The position numbers and the translations under genes were made by a program. From the NCBI GenBank assembly GCA_963775805.1, contig CAVZKG010000001.1:1030996-1094995 (forward strand): a stretch of 64,000 nucleotides of DNA, given 5' to 3'. This document shows, in pieces, positions 49,250-57,829 of the stretch. The notes under the pieces were generated by a model, which saw nothing but the letters and a program-made list of their open reading frames with translations, had not been told where the DNA came from and did no database searches. This DNA is from an uncultured Verrucomicrobiae bacterium. Its GTDB lineage: Bacteria > Verrucomicrobiota > Verrucomicrobiia > Chthoniobacterales > JAFAMB01. Position 1 is the stretch's first letter, and each line of letters begins with the position of its first letter.

Positions 49250-49789
49250 ATGGCGAACTCTATCCTGATCATGGATGGCGACGCGATTAGTCGTGCGCTG
49301 CGACGAATCGCCCATGAGATCCTTGAACATAATCCCGACCCAACGGCCCTAGCGCTGGTTGGTATCCCCTCACGCGGCGTCGAACTCGCCCGCCGCCTAG
49401 CGGATCTGGTGAAAGCCACCGAGGGGCGGAAACCGGAACTGGGCGCGATAGATATCTCGATGCACCGTGATGACTTGAGCATCCGGCGCGCCGTCACCGG
49501 CATCCAGGAAACGCGTCTTCCACTTCATCTCGAAAGTTTCACGATCGTTCTGGTCGACGACGTCCTTTACACAGGGCGAACCTGCCGTGCCGCGATGGAT
49601 GCGATCAGCTCGTTTGGTCGTCCTGCCCGGATCCAACTCGCGGTGCTTCTGGATCGGGGCCATCGAGAACTCCCAATCCGGCCGGATTACGTTGGTAAAA
49701 ACCTGCCTACCGCTCGAGAGGAAAAAGTCAAAGTGCGCCTCCAGAACGTGGACGAACAACCGGATTCAGTCCGTGTGGAAAGAGAATGA
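49250..49789 (+). CDS. pyrR: Bifunctional pyr operon regulator / uracil phosphoribosyltransferase PyrR
   Basis: 179 aa with PRPP-binding motif [12 protein letters not shown]. It lies immediately upstream of pyrB. Confidence 0.9.
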   Translation: MANSILIMDGDAISRALRRIAHEILEHNPDPTALALVGIPSRGVELARRLADLVKATEGRKPELGAIDISMHRDDLSIRRAVTGIQETRLPLHLESFTIVLVDDVLYTGRTCRAAMDAISSFGRPARIQLAVLLDRGHRELPIRPDYVGKNLPTAREEKVKVRLQNVDEQPDSVRVERE

Positions 49790-50754
49790 AAGCCGCCCCG
49801 CCTGACACCTCCTTTTCGGAAACCGCGCAGTGGCGCCGCAAAGACCTTCTCGGAATCCGGGAGCTTGAACCAAACGAGATCAAGACGATCCTCGACACCG
49901 CGGCTGCCTTCAAAACAGTCGGCTCACGCGACATCAAAAAGGTTCCGGCGCTGCGAGGCAAAACATTGGTCAACTTCTTTGTCGAACCGAGTACGCGAAC
50001 CCGTATCTCTTTTGAACTCGCAGCATTCCGCCTTAGTGCCGACGTCGTGAATATCTCTGCGACGACATCGAGTCTGCAAAAAGGAGAAACACTCAAAGAC
50101 ACCGCGCTTAATCTGCAGGCGTTGCATGCCGACATTATCGTATTACGTCACAGCTCGGCAGGCGCAGCCAAATTTCTCGCTGAACGACTCGGCGCGAGCA
50201 TCATCAATGCAGGTGATGGCGCTCACGAGCACCCGACGCAAGCACTACTGGATGCACTGACGGTCCGCGAACACGTCGGGCGGATTGAAGGGCTGAAAGT
50301 TGCCATAATCGGAGACATTTTCTTTAGCCGGGTTGCGCGCTCAAATATCTGGACGCTCAAAAAGCTTGGTGCGGAGGTCACCCTGGTCGGCCCGAGCACG
50401 CTGGTGCCAAGAACTTTCGAAGAAATGGGGGTTCGAGTCGTTCGCAGGATCGATGACGTGCTCGATTCGGCGGACGTGATCAACCTGTTACGGATTCAGC
50501 ACGAACGTCAACGCAAAGAGTATTTTCCCAGCCTGAGCGAGTACACCCGGTTCTTCGGGCTGACCAAAGAGCGGGCGGCGAAGCTGAAGCCCAATTGTTT
50601 GATCATGCACCCGGGACCGATTAACCGCGGGATCGAAATCGACAGCGACGTCGCGGACGGGCCACAGAGCGTCATTCTGGATCAGGTGACCAACGGACTT
50701 GCCGTTCGGATGGCAGTTCTCTATTTGTGCAACACAGCGGCCAGGAAGGTATGA
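49786..50754 (+). CDS. pyrB: Aspartate carbamoyltransferase catalytic subunit
   Basis: 322 aa with STRTR, HPTQ and HPGP motifs. ATGA overlap with pyrR. Confidence 0.95.
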   Translation: MKAAPPDTSFSETAQWRRKDLLGIRELEPNEIKTILDTAAAFKTVGSRDIKKVPALRGKTLVNFFVEPSTRTRISFELAAFRLSADVVNISATTSSLQKGETLKDTALNLQALHADIIVLRHSSAGAAKFLAERLGASIINAGDGAHEHPTQALLDALTVREHVGRIEGLKVAIIGDIFFSRVARSNIWTLKKLGAEVTLVGPSTLVPRTFEEMGVRVVRRIDDVLDSADVINLLRIQHERQRKEYFPSLSEYTRFFGLTKERAAKLKPNCLIMHPGPINRGIEIDSDVADGPQSVILDQVTNGLAVRMAVLYLCNTAARKV

Positions 50755-52019
50755 ATTTAATCATCAAAAATGGCCGGATCATCGATCCTTCGGACGACCG
50801 GGATGAAGTGGCGGATCTCTACGTCGTTGACGGCCGGATTTCGGCCGAAGCTCCAAAAGAAGATCACGAAACAATCGATGCCAGCAAATTGATCGTGGCT
50901 CCCGGACTGATCGATATTCATGTTCACCTCCGGGAACCGGGCCAGTCACACAAGGAGACGATTGGAACCGGAACACGAGCGGCTGCGGCTGGCGGATTCA
51001 CTTCGGTTGTCTGTATGCCGAATACTGAGCCTCCGGCGGATAACCCAAGCACAATAGCCTGGATTACAGATCGTGCCCGGGGTTCCGCTTCGGTCAATGT
51101 CTTCCCAACCGGCGCAATCACGAAGGGACTAAAGGGCGAAGAGATGGCACCTATCGGGTCCATGGTACAAGCGGGAATCGTCGCGATCACAGACGACGGT
51201 TATTGCGTTCAAAACCACGAGGTGATGCGACGCGCCGTGGAGTATGCCCGGATGTTTGACATTGCAGTCATGGATCATTGCCAGGATTACAACATGGTTG
51301 GTTCAGGAGTGATGCATGAAGGATACTGGAGCACCGTACTTGGATTGGCCGGATGGCCTCGAACGGCTGAAGAAATCATCGTGACCCGAAACATTCTCCT
51401 GGCAGAACTGTGCGACACGCGAATCCATTGCCAACATCTCACTTCAGGTGGAAGTGTCCGGCTCCTGCGAGATGCGCGCGCCCGCGGCATCCCGATCACA
51501 GCCGAAATCTGCCCTCATCATATCGCACTAACGGACGAATGCATTGCCACGTTCGACACTAATTACAAAATGAATCCGCCTCTTCGGGCACAGAAAGACA
51601 TTGACCAGTTGATCGAGGGAGTCGCCGACGGCACGATTACTTTACTGGCAAGCGATCACGCGCCCCATGCTTATTTTGAAAAGGAAGTCGAATTCGATCA
51701 GGCACCCTTTGGCATTCTTGGCCTCGAAACGGAACTCGCGCTGTTTCTGACGATTCTCGTTCATCAGACCAAAGCAATCGACATCAAGCGATTGATAACG
51801 CTGTATACCGTCAATCCAGCAACCCTGGTCCGATTGCCCAAGGGAACCATCAGTCCGGGAGCAGACGCAGATATCACCATCATCGATCCCGACATGGAAT
51901 GGATATTCAAAAACGAAGAATCCTTTTCCCACTCCCGCAATACTCCTTTTGACGGCCGTGAACTTAAAGGGCGAGCTGTCCGGACAATTGTTGGCGGAAA
52001 AACGGTCTGGAGTCTTTAA
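50751..52019 (+). CDS. pyrC: Dihydroorotase (long, PyrC' type)
   Basis: Amidohydrolase signatures are present ([15 protein letters not shown]). ATG 50751 overlaps the pyrB stop (ATGA). Confidence 0.9.
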   Translation: MNLIIKNGRIIDPSDDRDEVADLYVVDGRISAEAPKEDHETIDASKLIVAPGLIDIHVHLREPGQSHKETIGTGTRAAAAGGFTSVVCMPNTEPPADNPSTIAWITDRARGSASVNVFPTGAITKGLKGEEMAPIGSMVQAGIVAITDDGYCVQNHEVMRRAVEYARMFDIAVMDHCQDYNMVGSGVMHEGYWSTVLGLAGWPRTAEEIIVTRNILLAELCDTRIHCQHLTSGGSVRLLRDARARGIPITAEICPHHIALTDECIATFDTNYKMNPPLRAQKDIDQLIEGVADGTITLLASDHAPHAYFEKEVEFDQAPFGILGLETELALFLTILVHQTKAIDIKRLITLYTVNPATLVRLPKGTISPGADADITIIDPDMEWIFKNEESFSHSRNTPFDGRELKGRAVRTIVGGKTVWSL

Positions 52020-52044
52020 ACAGGGAGGCCTGTTTATTCCGGCA

Positions 52045-52132
52045 AAAAATCCGAACCTCTGCGCCTTGTGGTGGACCCAATCCTCTGTGCCCTCCGTGCC
52101 TCCGTGGTGAGCCCCTCTTCGGAATGGGCATC
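52045..52132 (+). repeat. Partial copy of the dispersed element (aaatccgaa-ctctgcg-gtggtg module)
   Basis: The sequence is aaaaatccgaacctctgcgccttgtggtggacccaatcctctgtgccctccgtgcctccgtggtgagcccctcttcggaatggg. It matches the 3' modules of the copies at 24.7 and 44.35 kb. Confidence 0.65.
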
Positions 52133-52148
52133 CAATATTGTCCTGGGC

Positions 52149-53141
52149 CTAATCCCCAGTCTGCGGGGTCACAGGCTTGTTGTACGGATCGGTTGGTTGA
52201 ACGGGCTTGCTGTAGCGGTCCTGGTCGGGAGATTGATCGTCGCTGTTGTCTCCATCATCCTCGCTATGCTTCGGATCGATCGTGTTGTGACCGGTGAACT
52301 TTTGCTGGAACCAACCGCCCACGGTCTGAAGCACTCGCGTGGTGCGGTGGGCGACATGATGACCAAACTCCACGACCGAAGCACCAAACCGGTTTGCCCT
52401 GTCGGTCACAGAACCGCCACTATGAGAGTCAGAATCCTCATCGGAGGCGGTGCTGTCATGATAATCGCGCGGAGGATGCGTGTCGTCACTCGATGGCGGT
52501 GGCGGTCCTCCCGCAGGGGGTGGCTCAGGTTCGTTTAGAGCTTCTGAATCAGCTTGTCCAGACTGGGGCGGAGGTGGTCCCGGTGGACGATGGCTATTCG
52601 CCTCCTGTTTGGTCGGGACCCAATTATTGGCGCTTATCAGTTGCCCGTTGCTCGCAGCGATCCGGACCGTGCCAACCGGGCGCTGCTCGTAATCGAAGAG
52701 CTCAAGTGTCCAGATCGGATCTCCTGAACCCCCTTCGACTGAAAGCTTGTAATTGACGCTGTCGAACCCGACCTGGTTTTTCTTTGCTTCGCGCTCTGCG
52801 GTCTGAAACGCTCCATCGGAATCGAGGTTCAACTTGGTCAGATCGATCGGCGGAAGCCCCCCGCCCTCAGGATGGACCGGTGTCCGTTCAGACGAGATCT
52901 GTCCCGCAACAATATCGAGTTCGCGCGCTCCGCCGCGAGCAACTGGATCGTCAAGCGTCACCAGCCAGTCAATCGGTTGCGGCTTGCCAGAGTGGCCAAT
53001 CAGCGCCGTCACCTGGCCTAATGCCTTTTCGCCACGCTTTGTCCCGACAGCGCGCAACGCCTTATAAGCCGTATCCTGGGCTAGTACAAACCCGGGTGCG
53101 AGCGCACCCGCCAGAACGAGAACAAACAACAAACGCTTCAT
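52149..53141 (-). CDS. Secreted protein of unknown function with Pro/Asp-rich C-terminal half
   Basis: A signal peptide (MKRLLFVLVLAGALAPGFVLA) starts from ATG 53141. The N-terminal half is globular. The C-terminus has PPGPPPPQ...PPPAGGPPPP low-complexity sequence. Confidence 0.55.
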   Translation of the reverse strand: MKRLLFVLVLAGALAPGFVLAQDTAYKALRAVGTKRGEKALGQVTALIGHSGKPQPIDWLVTLDDPVARGGARELDIVAGQISSERTPVHPEGGGLPPIDLTKLNLDSDGAFQTAEREAKKNQVGFDSVNYKLSVEGGSGDPIWTLELFDYEQRPVGTVRIAASNGQLISANNWVPTKQEANSHRPPGPPPPQSGQADSEALNEPEPPPAGGPPPPSSDDTHPPRDYHDSTASDEDSDSHSGGSVTDRANRFGASVVEFGHHVAHRTTRVLQTVGGWFQQKFTGHNTIDPKHSEDDGDNSDDQSPDQDRYSKPVQPTDPYNKPVTPQTGD

Positions 53142-53253
53142 CAGGTGTTTTCCCCTTTGTACCGATCTTTCCTTGTTTGTGCAACAGAAGAGAGCTCTCA
53201 AAGACGTATCGGCTTGAACCGCCGTTTGGAAAATAGTCTTCTTACACTCCGAA

Positions 53254-54624
53254 ATGCCTGCGCCACGCCTGTTAATCGCCGACGACCAGCCTGAGGTTTT
53301 AAGAGCCCTCACCGTGATTTGCTCGGCGGAAGGCTATGAAGTCGCAGCCGTGAATTCGCCGGCGGCGCTTCTTGCAAAGATCGCCAAGGAGGATTTTGAC
53401 ATTGCGTTAATCGATCTCAACTATCGCCAGGAGGTTGCGACCGGCAGAGAAGGTCTGGAACTCCTGACCCAAATCCGCGCAGCCGATGCTTCGCTGCCCG
53501 TTATTGTGATGACAGCCTACGCTTCGATTCAATTGGCTGTTGAAGCGGTTCGCCTTGGCGCCCGCGATTTCCTTCAAAAACCGTGGGAAAACGAGCGGCT
53601 CATTTCGATCCTGCACACGCAGTTAACGCTGCGTGACGCGCTCCGGGGAAAAGAACGACTCGAAGCCGAGAACAGCGTGCTGCGATCCGCTCAACTCCCG
53701 CCGGCCGGTTTCGTCGCTGCGTCACAAGCGATGCTGAAAATCCGGGAGATGGTGGAGCAAGTCGCTCCGTCGGACGCCAACGTCATGATCACTGGCGAGA
53801 ACGGCACCGGAAAAAACGTGGTGGCCCGATTGCTGCATCAGACTTCTTTGCGTTCCGCACAACCGCTGATCACGGTCAATATGGGAGGATTGGCAGACGG
53901 GGTATTTGAAAGCGAGATGTTTGGTCATGTCAAAGGCGCATTCACAGATGCCCGGGCCGATCGAGCGGGTCGGTTCGAACTCGCTGACAACGGTACCCTG
54001 TTTCTGGACGAAATCGCGAACCTGACCCCAGGCCAACAAGCCAAGCTTTTGCGTGTTCTCGAGACCGGCGAATTCGAACGAGTCGGCTCTTCAAAGACAC
54101 GGCGTGCCGATGTGCGAATTCTGACCGCAACCAACTCGGATCTAGAGAAAGAGATCGAATCCGGTAAATTCCGCGAGGATCTTTACTTCCGACTGAACAC
54201 CATTCAGATCCATCTGCCGCCGCTCAGGGAGCGAACAGAGGATATCGCTATTCTGGCGGAAGAATTTCTGACTGAACTTACGCAACGCTACCGAAAGCAG
54301 ATCAAAGGTCTTCGCCCAGACGCTGTGGGTGCGCTTAAAGGGTACGCATGGCCCGGAAATGTCCGCGAATTACGGCACATCATGGAGCGAGCGGTCCTGT
54401 TGACTCGCACCGACATGATCCAGGCGTCGGACCTTGGGATTCGCGACACGACACACCGCTCCCAAGCCCTTGAAGAGATGGATCTCGATGCGGCTGAGCT
54501 TTTTTTGATCAATCGCGCGTTGGCCCGGCACAATGGCAATGCTCTGCTGGCAGCAAAGGATCTTGGCTTGAGCCGGAGTGCATTCTACCGCCGCCTCCAG
54601 AGGCACGGAATCAATCCGGGCTAA
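53254..54624 (+). CDS. Sigma-54-dependent response regulator (NtrC family)
   Basis: Receiver domain (LLIADDQ...DLNY), AAA+ domain with GENGTGKN and the GAFTDA variant of the GAFTGA loop, and a C-terminal Fis-type HTH. No cognate kinase is adjacent. Confidence 0.9.
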   Translation: MPAPRLLIADDQPEVLRALTVICSAEGYEVAAVNSPAALLAKIAKEDFDIALIDLNYRQEVATGREGLELLTQIRAADASLPVIVMTAYASIQLAVEAVRLGARDFLQKPWENERLISILHTQLTLRDALRGKERLEAENSVLRSAQLPPAGFVAASQAMLKIREMVEQVAPSDANVMITGENGTGKNVVARLLHQTSLRSAQPLITVNMGGLADGVFESEMFGHVKGAFTDARADRAGRFELADNGTLFLDEIANLTPGQQAKLLRVLETGEFERVGSSKTRRADVRILTATNSDLEKEIESGKFREDLYFRLNTIQIHLPPLRERTEDIAILAEEFLTELTQRYRKQIKGLRPDAVGALKGYAWPGNVRELRHIMERAVLLTRTDMIQASDLGIRDTTHRSQALEEMDLDAAELFLINRALARHNGNALLAAKDLGLSRSAFYRRLQRHGINPG

Positions 54625-54822
54625 AGAAGGGAAGGCAGAATTAAGAAGTAAGAAGGAAGAAGTAGAGAATCGCATCCGCTCCAGAGTAAATGCCACGGAG
54701 CGGCCACTCTCTGGAGAGCGTTCTAGTCCGTATTTCTGCCTTCTTACTTCCCACTTCTGCCCTTACTTCCCACTTCTGCCTTCTTCCTTCTTAATTCTGC
54801 CTTCTTAATTCTGCCTTCTTAC
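54621..54822. repeat. Inverted-arm element between the NtrC-family gene and uvrA (CTTCTTA/ATTCTGC heptamer arms)
   Basis: The left arm aagaagggaaggcagaattaagaagtaagaaggaagaagtagag is complementary to the right arm ...cttcttccttcttaattctgccttc... The centre holds two mutually exclusive hairpins (CCGCTCC/GGAGCGG and CTCCAGAG/CTCTGGAG). It is followed by the hairpin-motif variant at 54823..54843. Confidence 0.7.
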
Positions 54823-54931
54823 ACCGCATCCTCTCGGTTGCGGCTAACTTCTCTCTGAACGATGCAATCCCAAAACCACTGGTGGCAAGATCGCTCTTAT
54901 GCTTTGGTGAGGGTTTACCGGTATTCAACCG

Positions 54932-57829
54932 ATGGCTGCTGAGACGATTCGCATAATTGGCGCCCGCCAACACAATTTAAAGAACGTCAGTGTCGAGTTT
55001 CCTCGTGAGCGGCTGGTCGTATTCACTGGGATGAGCGGGTCCGGAAAATCGTCGCTCGCGTTCGACACGCTCTACGCGGAAGGCCAGCGCCGCTATGTGG
55101 AAAGCCTTTCAGCATACGCCAGACAGTTTCTGGACCAAATGGAGAAACCGGATGTTGACTTCATTGAAGGGCTTTCTCCCGCAATCGCAATCGAGCAACG
55201 GAGTTCCGTCGCAAATCCGCGTTCGACAATTGCAACGACCACAGAGATTTACGACTATCTCCGGGTCCTATTCGCCGTCGTCGGCCAGCCGCATGACCCT
55301 GCAACAGGCGAAAAGATCTTCAAGCAAACTCCTCAACAAATTGTTGATCAGATCCTCGCTTATCCCGAAGAGACTCGGGTCCTCGTCATCGCGCCGATCA
55401 TCCGCAATGAGACAGGCGAGTTCCGGGACGTGCTCGAGAAGATCAAGCGGGAAGGATTTGTTCGGGTCCGAATTGACGGCGAAATCCTGGAACTTGCGCG
55501 GCCCGAACCGATCCGACTGGCAAAGTCGCATCGTCACACGATTGAAATCGTCGTTGACCGCCTCGTGATCCGCGAAGGGGTCCGGACTCGCCTGGCAGAC
55601 TCAGTCGATACCGGACTTCTGTGGGGTAAAAACCGGATCATTGTCAGCCGGCAGCGTTCAGATGAAGCCGCCTGGGAAGATATCCCGTACTCGACCGACT
55701 TTTGTAATCCGAAGACCGACTTTCTATTGCCTGAATTAACGCCCAAGCATTTCTCCTTCAACAGCCTGGCGGGCGCATGCCCGGAATGTCAGGGCCTTGG
55801 ATCCGAAGGATTTTTCGATCCGGACCTTGTCGTGCCGGATCAAACACGATCACTGGTGGGCGGTGCAATCGCGCCGTGGCGCAAAGCCACCAAACGAATG
55901 CAGTCGTACTACAACGCGCAACTGAAAGCGTTGGCAACGCATTTTGAATTCAAACTCGAAACGCCTTACGCCGATCTGCCGCCTGAAACAAAGGACGTGC
56001 TCCTTTTTGGGACTGGAGACGGGCCGGTTCAATTCGTATTTGGCGAAAAAATCGTCGAGCGTCCATTCGACGGTGTGATCGCCCAATTAGAACATCTCTT
56101 TCGCGAAACTGAGAGCGAGTTTACCCGATCTCGGCTAAAGAGTTATCAGGCTAGGCGAACGTGCAAACTCTGTAACGGTGCGCGGTTACGTTCCGAGATT
56201 CTGGCTGTGACAGTTCGCGATCTCACCGAACGGGAATTAAATATTTACGATTTCTGCCGGCTAACGATAGAGCAGGCAAAGAGTTTCGTTGAAAACATCC
56301 TTCTTTCCAAGCACCAGCGGGCGGTTGCAACGGAAGTGCTCCGTGAAATCAGAAACAGGCTCACGTTTCTTGTAGAAGTCGGTCTTGGCTATCTCACACT
56401 TAATCGGGAGAGCGGAACGCTTTCGGGTGGTGAAGCTCAACGGATCCGGCTTGGCACACAGATCGGCTCCGGCCTGGCCGGGGTTTTATACGTACTCGAT
56501 GAGCCGAGTATCGGTCTCCATCAACGCGATAACGATCGACTTGTTTCGACCCTGAAGCATTTACGGGATTTGGGAAACACCGTTGTGGTGGTTGAACACG
56601 ATGAAGATACGATCCGAGCCGCCGATTATATTATCGATCTCGGGCCAGGAGCCGGGCCGCGCGGTGGTCAGATTGTCGCAAGCGGTTCCATTCACGAAAT
56701 CGAGCGAAATCCTGAATCGCTGACGGGTCAGTATCTTTCGGGTGTTCTCCGAATCCCGGTTCCTCGTGCTCGAGTCCTGCCAAAGGGTCTCCTCTACAAT
56801 CGGGACCGGATTCCCGAACCGGGCGCAGAGGGCTGGCTGACGATCGTTGGGGCAGCAGAGAATAATCTACGTGATCTGACCGTCTCATTTCCGCTCGGTT
56901 GCCTGGTCTCGGTGACCGGAGTTTCCGGGAGCGGAAAATCGACCCTTGTGGACGACATTCTCCGGAAAGCCCTGTTCCGTCATTTTTACAAGTCGAAGGA
57001 CCGCCCTGGCAGACATCGTTCAATCGCAGGGATCGATCAAATCGACAAAGCGATCGTGATTGATCAGAGCCCAATCGGCCGCACACCACGCTCCAATGCT
57101 GCGACCTATTCCGGCGCGTTCGGACCAATTCGGGATCTATTCAGCCAACTACCCGCGTCTCGCGTTCGGGGCTACGACAGCGGTCGTTTCAGTTTCAATC
57201 TGAAAGGAGGACGATGCGAGAACTGCCAGGGAGACGGTGTGATCAAGATTGAAATGCATTTTTTGGCCGACGTGTATGTCGAGTGTGAGGTCTGCCGAGG
57301 TGCTCGATACAATCGAGAAACTCTGGAAATCACATATCGCGGCAAAAATGTTTCCGACGTTCTAAAGATGTCAGTCGACGAAGCGGCCCGATTTTTTCGG
57401 AATGTGCCGGCGATCTTTGACAAACTTGAACCGCTTGTTGCGGTAGGCCTCGGTTATCTGACGCTAGGCCAGTCCGGCACGCAACTTTCCGGTGGTGAAG
57501 CCCAGCGTGTCAAACTGGCAGCCGAACTTGCGAAAAAAGCGACCGGGCGCACCATTTACATTCTGGATGAACCGACAACCGGCCTCCACTTCGCCGATAT
57601 ACACAAACTGCTGGAAGTGCTCTTGAAGCTGCGTGATCAGGGAAACACGTTGATCGTGATCGAGCACAACCTCGAAGTAATCAAATCGGCAGACTGGATC
57701 ATTGACCTCGGTCCGGAAGGAGGTTCTGGCGGCGGCCGTGTCATCGCCCAGGGTTCTCCCGAACAAATTGTGCAGGTAGAGAGCAGTCACACCGGACGCT
57801 ATTTGAAACGCGTCCTGGCCCTTGAATGA
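54932..57829 (+). CDS. uvrA: Excinuclease ABC subunit A
   Basis: 965 aa with two ABC ATPase modules (GMSGSGKSS, GVSGSGKST, LSGGE signatures) and zinc-finger Cys clusters. Confidence 0.97.
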   Translation: MAAETIRIIGARQHNLKNVSVEFPRERLVVFTGMSGSGKSSLAFDTLYAEGQRRYVESLSAYARQFLDQMEKPDVDFIEGLSPAIAIEQRSSVANPRSTIATTTEIYDYLRVLFAVVGQPHDPATGEKIFKQTPQQIVDQILAYPEETRVLVIAPIIRNETGEFRDVLEKIKREGFVRVRIDGEILELARPEPIRLAKSHRHTIEIVVDRLVIREGVRTRLADSVDTGLLWGKNRIIVSRQRSDEAAWEDIPYSTDFCNPKTDFLLPELTPKHFSFNSLAGACPECQGLGSEGFFDPDLVVPDQTRSLVGGAIAPWRKATKRMQSYYNAQLKALATHFEFKLETPYADLPPETKDVLLFGTGDGPVQFVFGEKIVERPFDGVIAQLEHLFRETESEFTRSRLKSYQARRTCKLCNGARLRSEILAVTVRDLTERELNIYDFCRLTIEQAKSFVENILLSKHQRAVATEVLREIRNRLTFLVEVGLGYLTLNRESGTLSGGEAQRIRLGTQIGSGLAGVLYVLDEPSIGLHQRDNDRLVSTLKHLRDLGNTVVVVEHDEDTIRAADYIIDLGPGAGPRGGQIVASGSIHEIERNPESLTGQYLSGVLRIPVPRARVLPKGLLYNRDRIPEPGAEGWLTIVGAAENNLRDLTVSFPLGCLVSVTGVSGSGKSTLVDDILRKALFRHFYKSKDRPGRHRSIAGIDQIDKAIVIDQSPIGRTPRSNAATYSGAFGPIRDLFSQLPASRVRGYDSGRFSFNLKGGRCENCQGDGVIKIEMHFLADVYVECEVCRGARYNRETLEITYRGKNVSDVLKMSVDEAARFFRNVPAIFDKLEPLVAVGLGYLTLGQSGTQLSGGEAQRVKLAAELAKKATGRTIYILDEPTTGLHFADIHKLLEVLLKLRDQGNTLIVIEHNLEVIKSADWIIDLGPEGGSGGGRVIAQGSPEQIVQVESSHTGRYLKRVLALE

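Noticed and set aside
52068-53236. Several + strand ORFs (70-156 aa) antisense to the secreted Pro-rich protein gene.
   Set aside because: They arise from the GC- and Pro-codon-rich antisense strand. They have no motifs, and the minus-strand ORF has a clear signal peptide.
53142-53253. Sigma-54 promoter (TGGCAC-N5-TTGC) in the divergent spacer next to the NtrC-family gene. Other TGGCAC sites in the window were also checked.
   Set aside because: No GG/GC pair with the correct 10-nt spacing was found in the spacer. The TGGCAC occurrences elsewhere lie inside genes or lack the -12 element.
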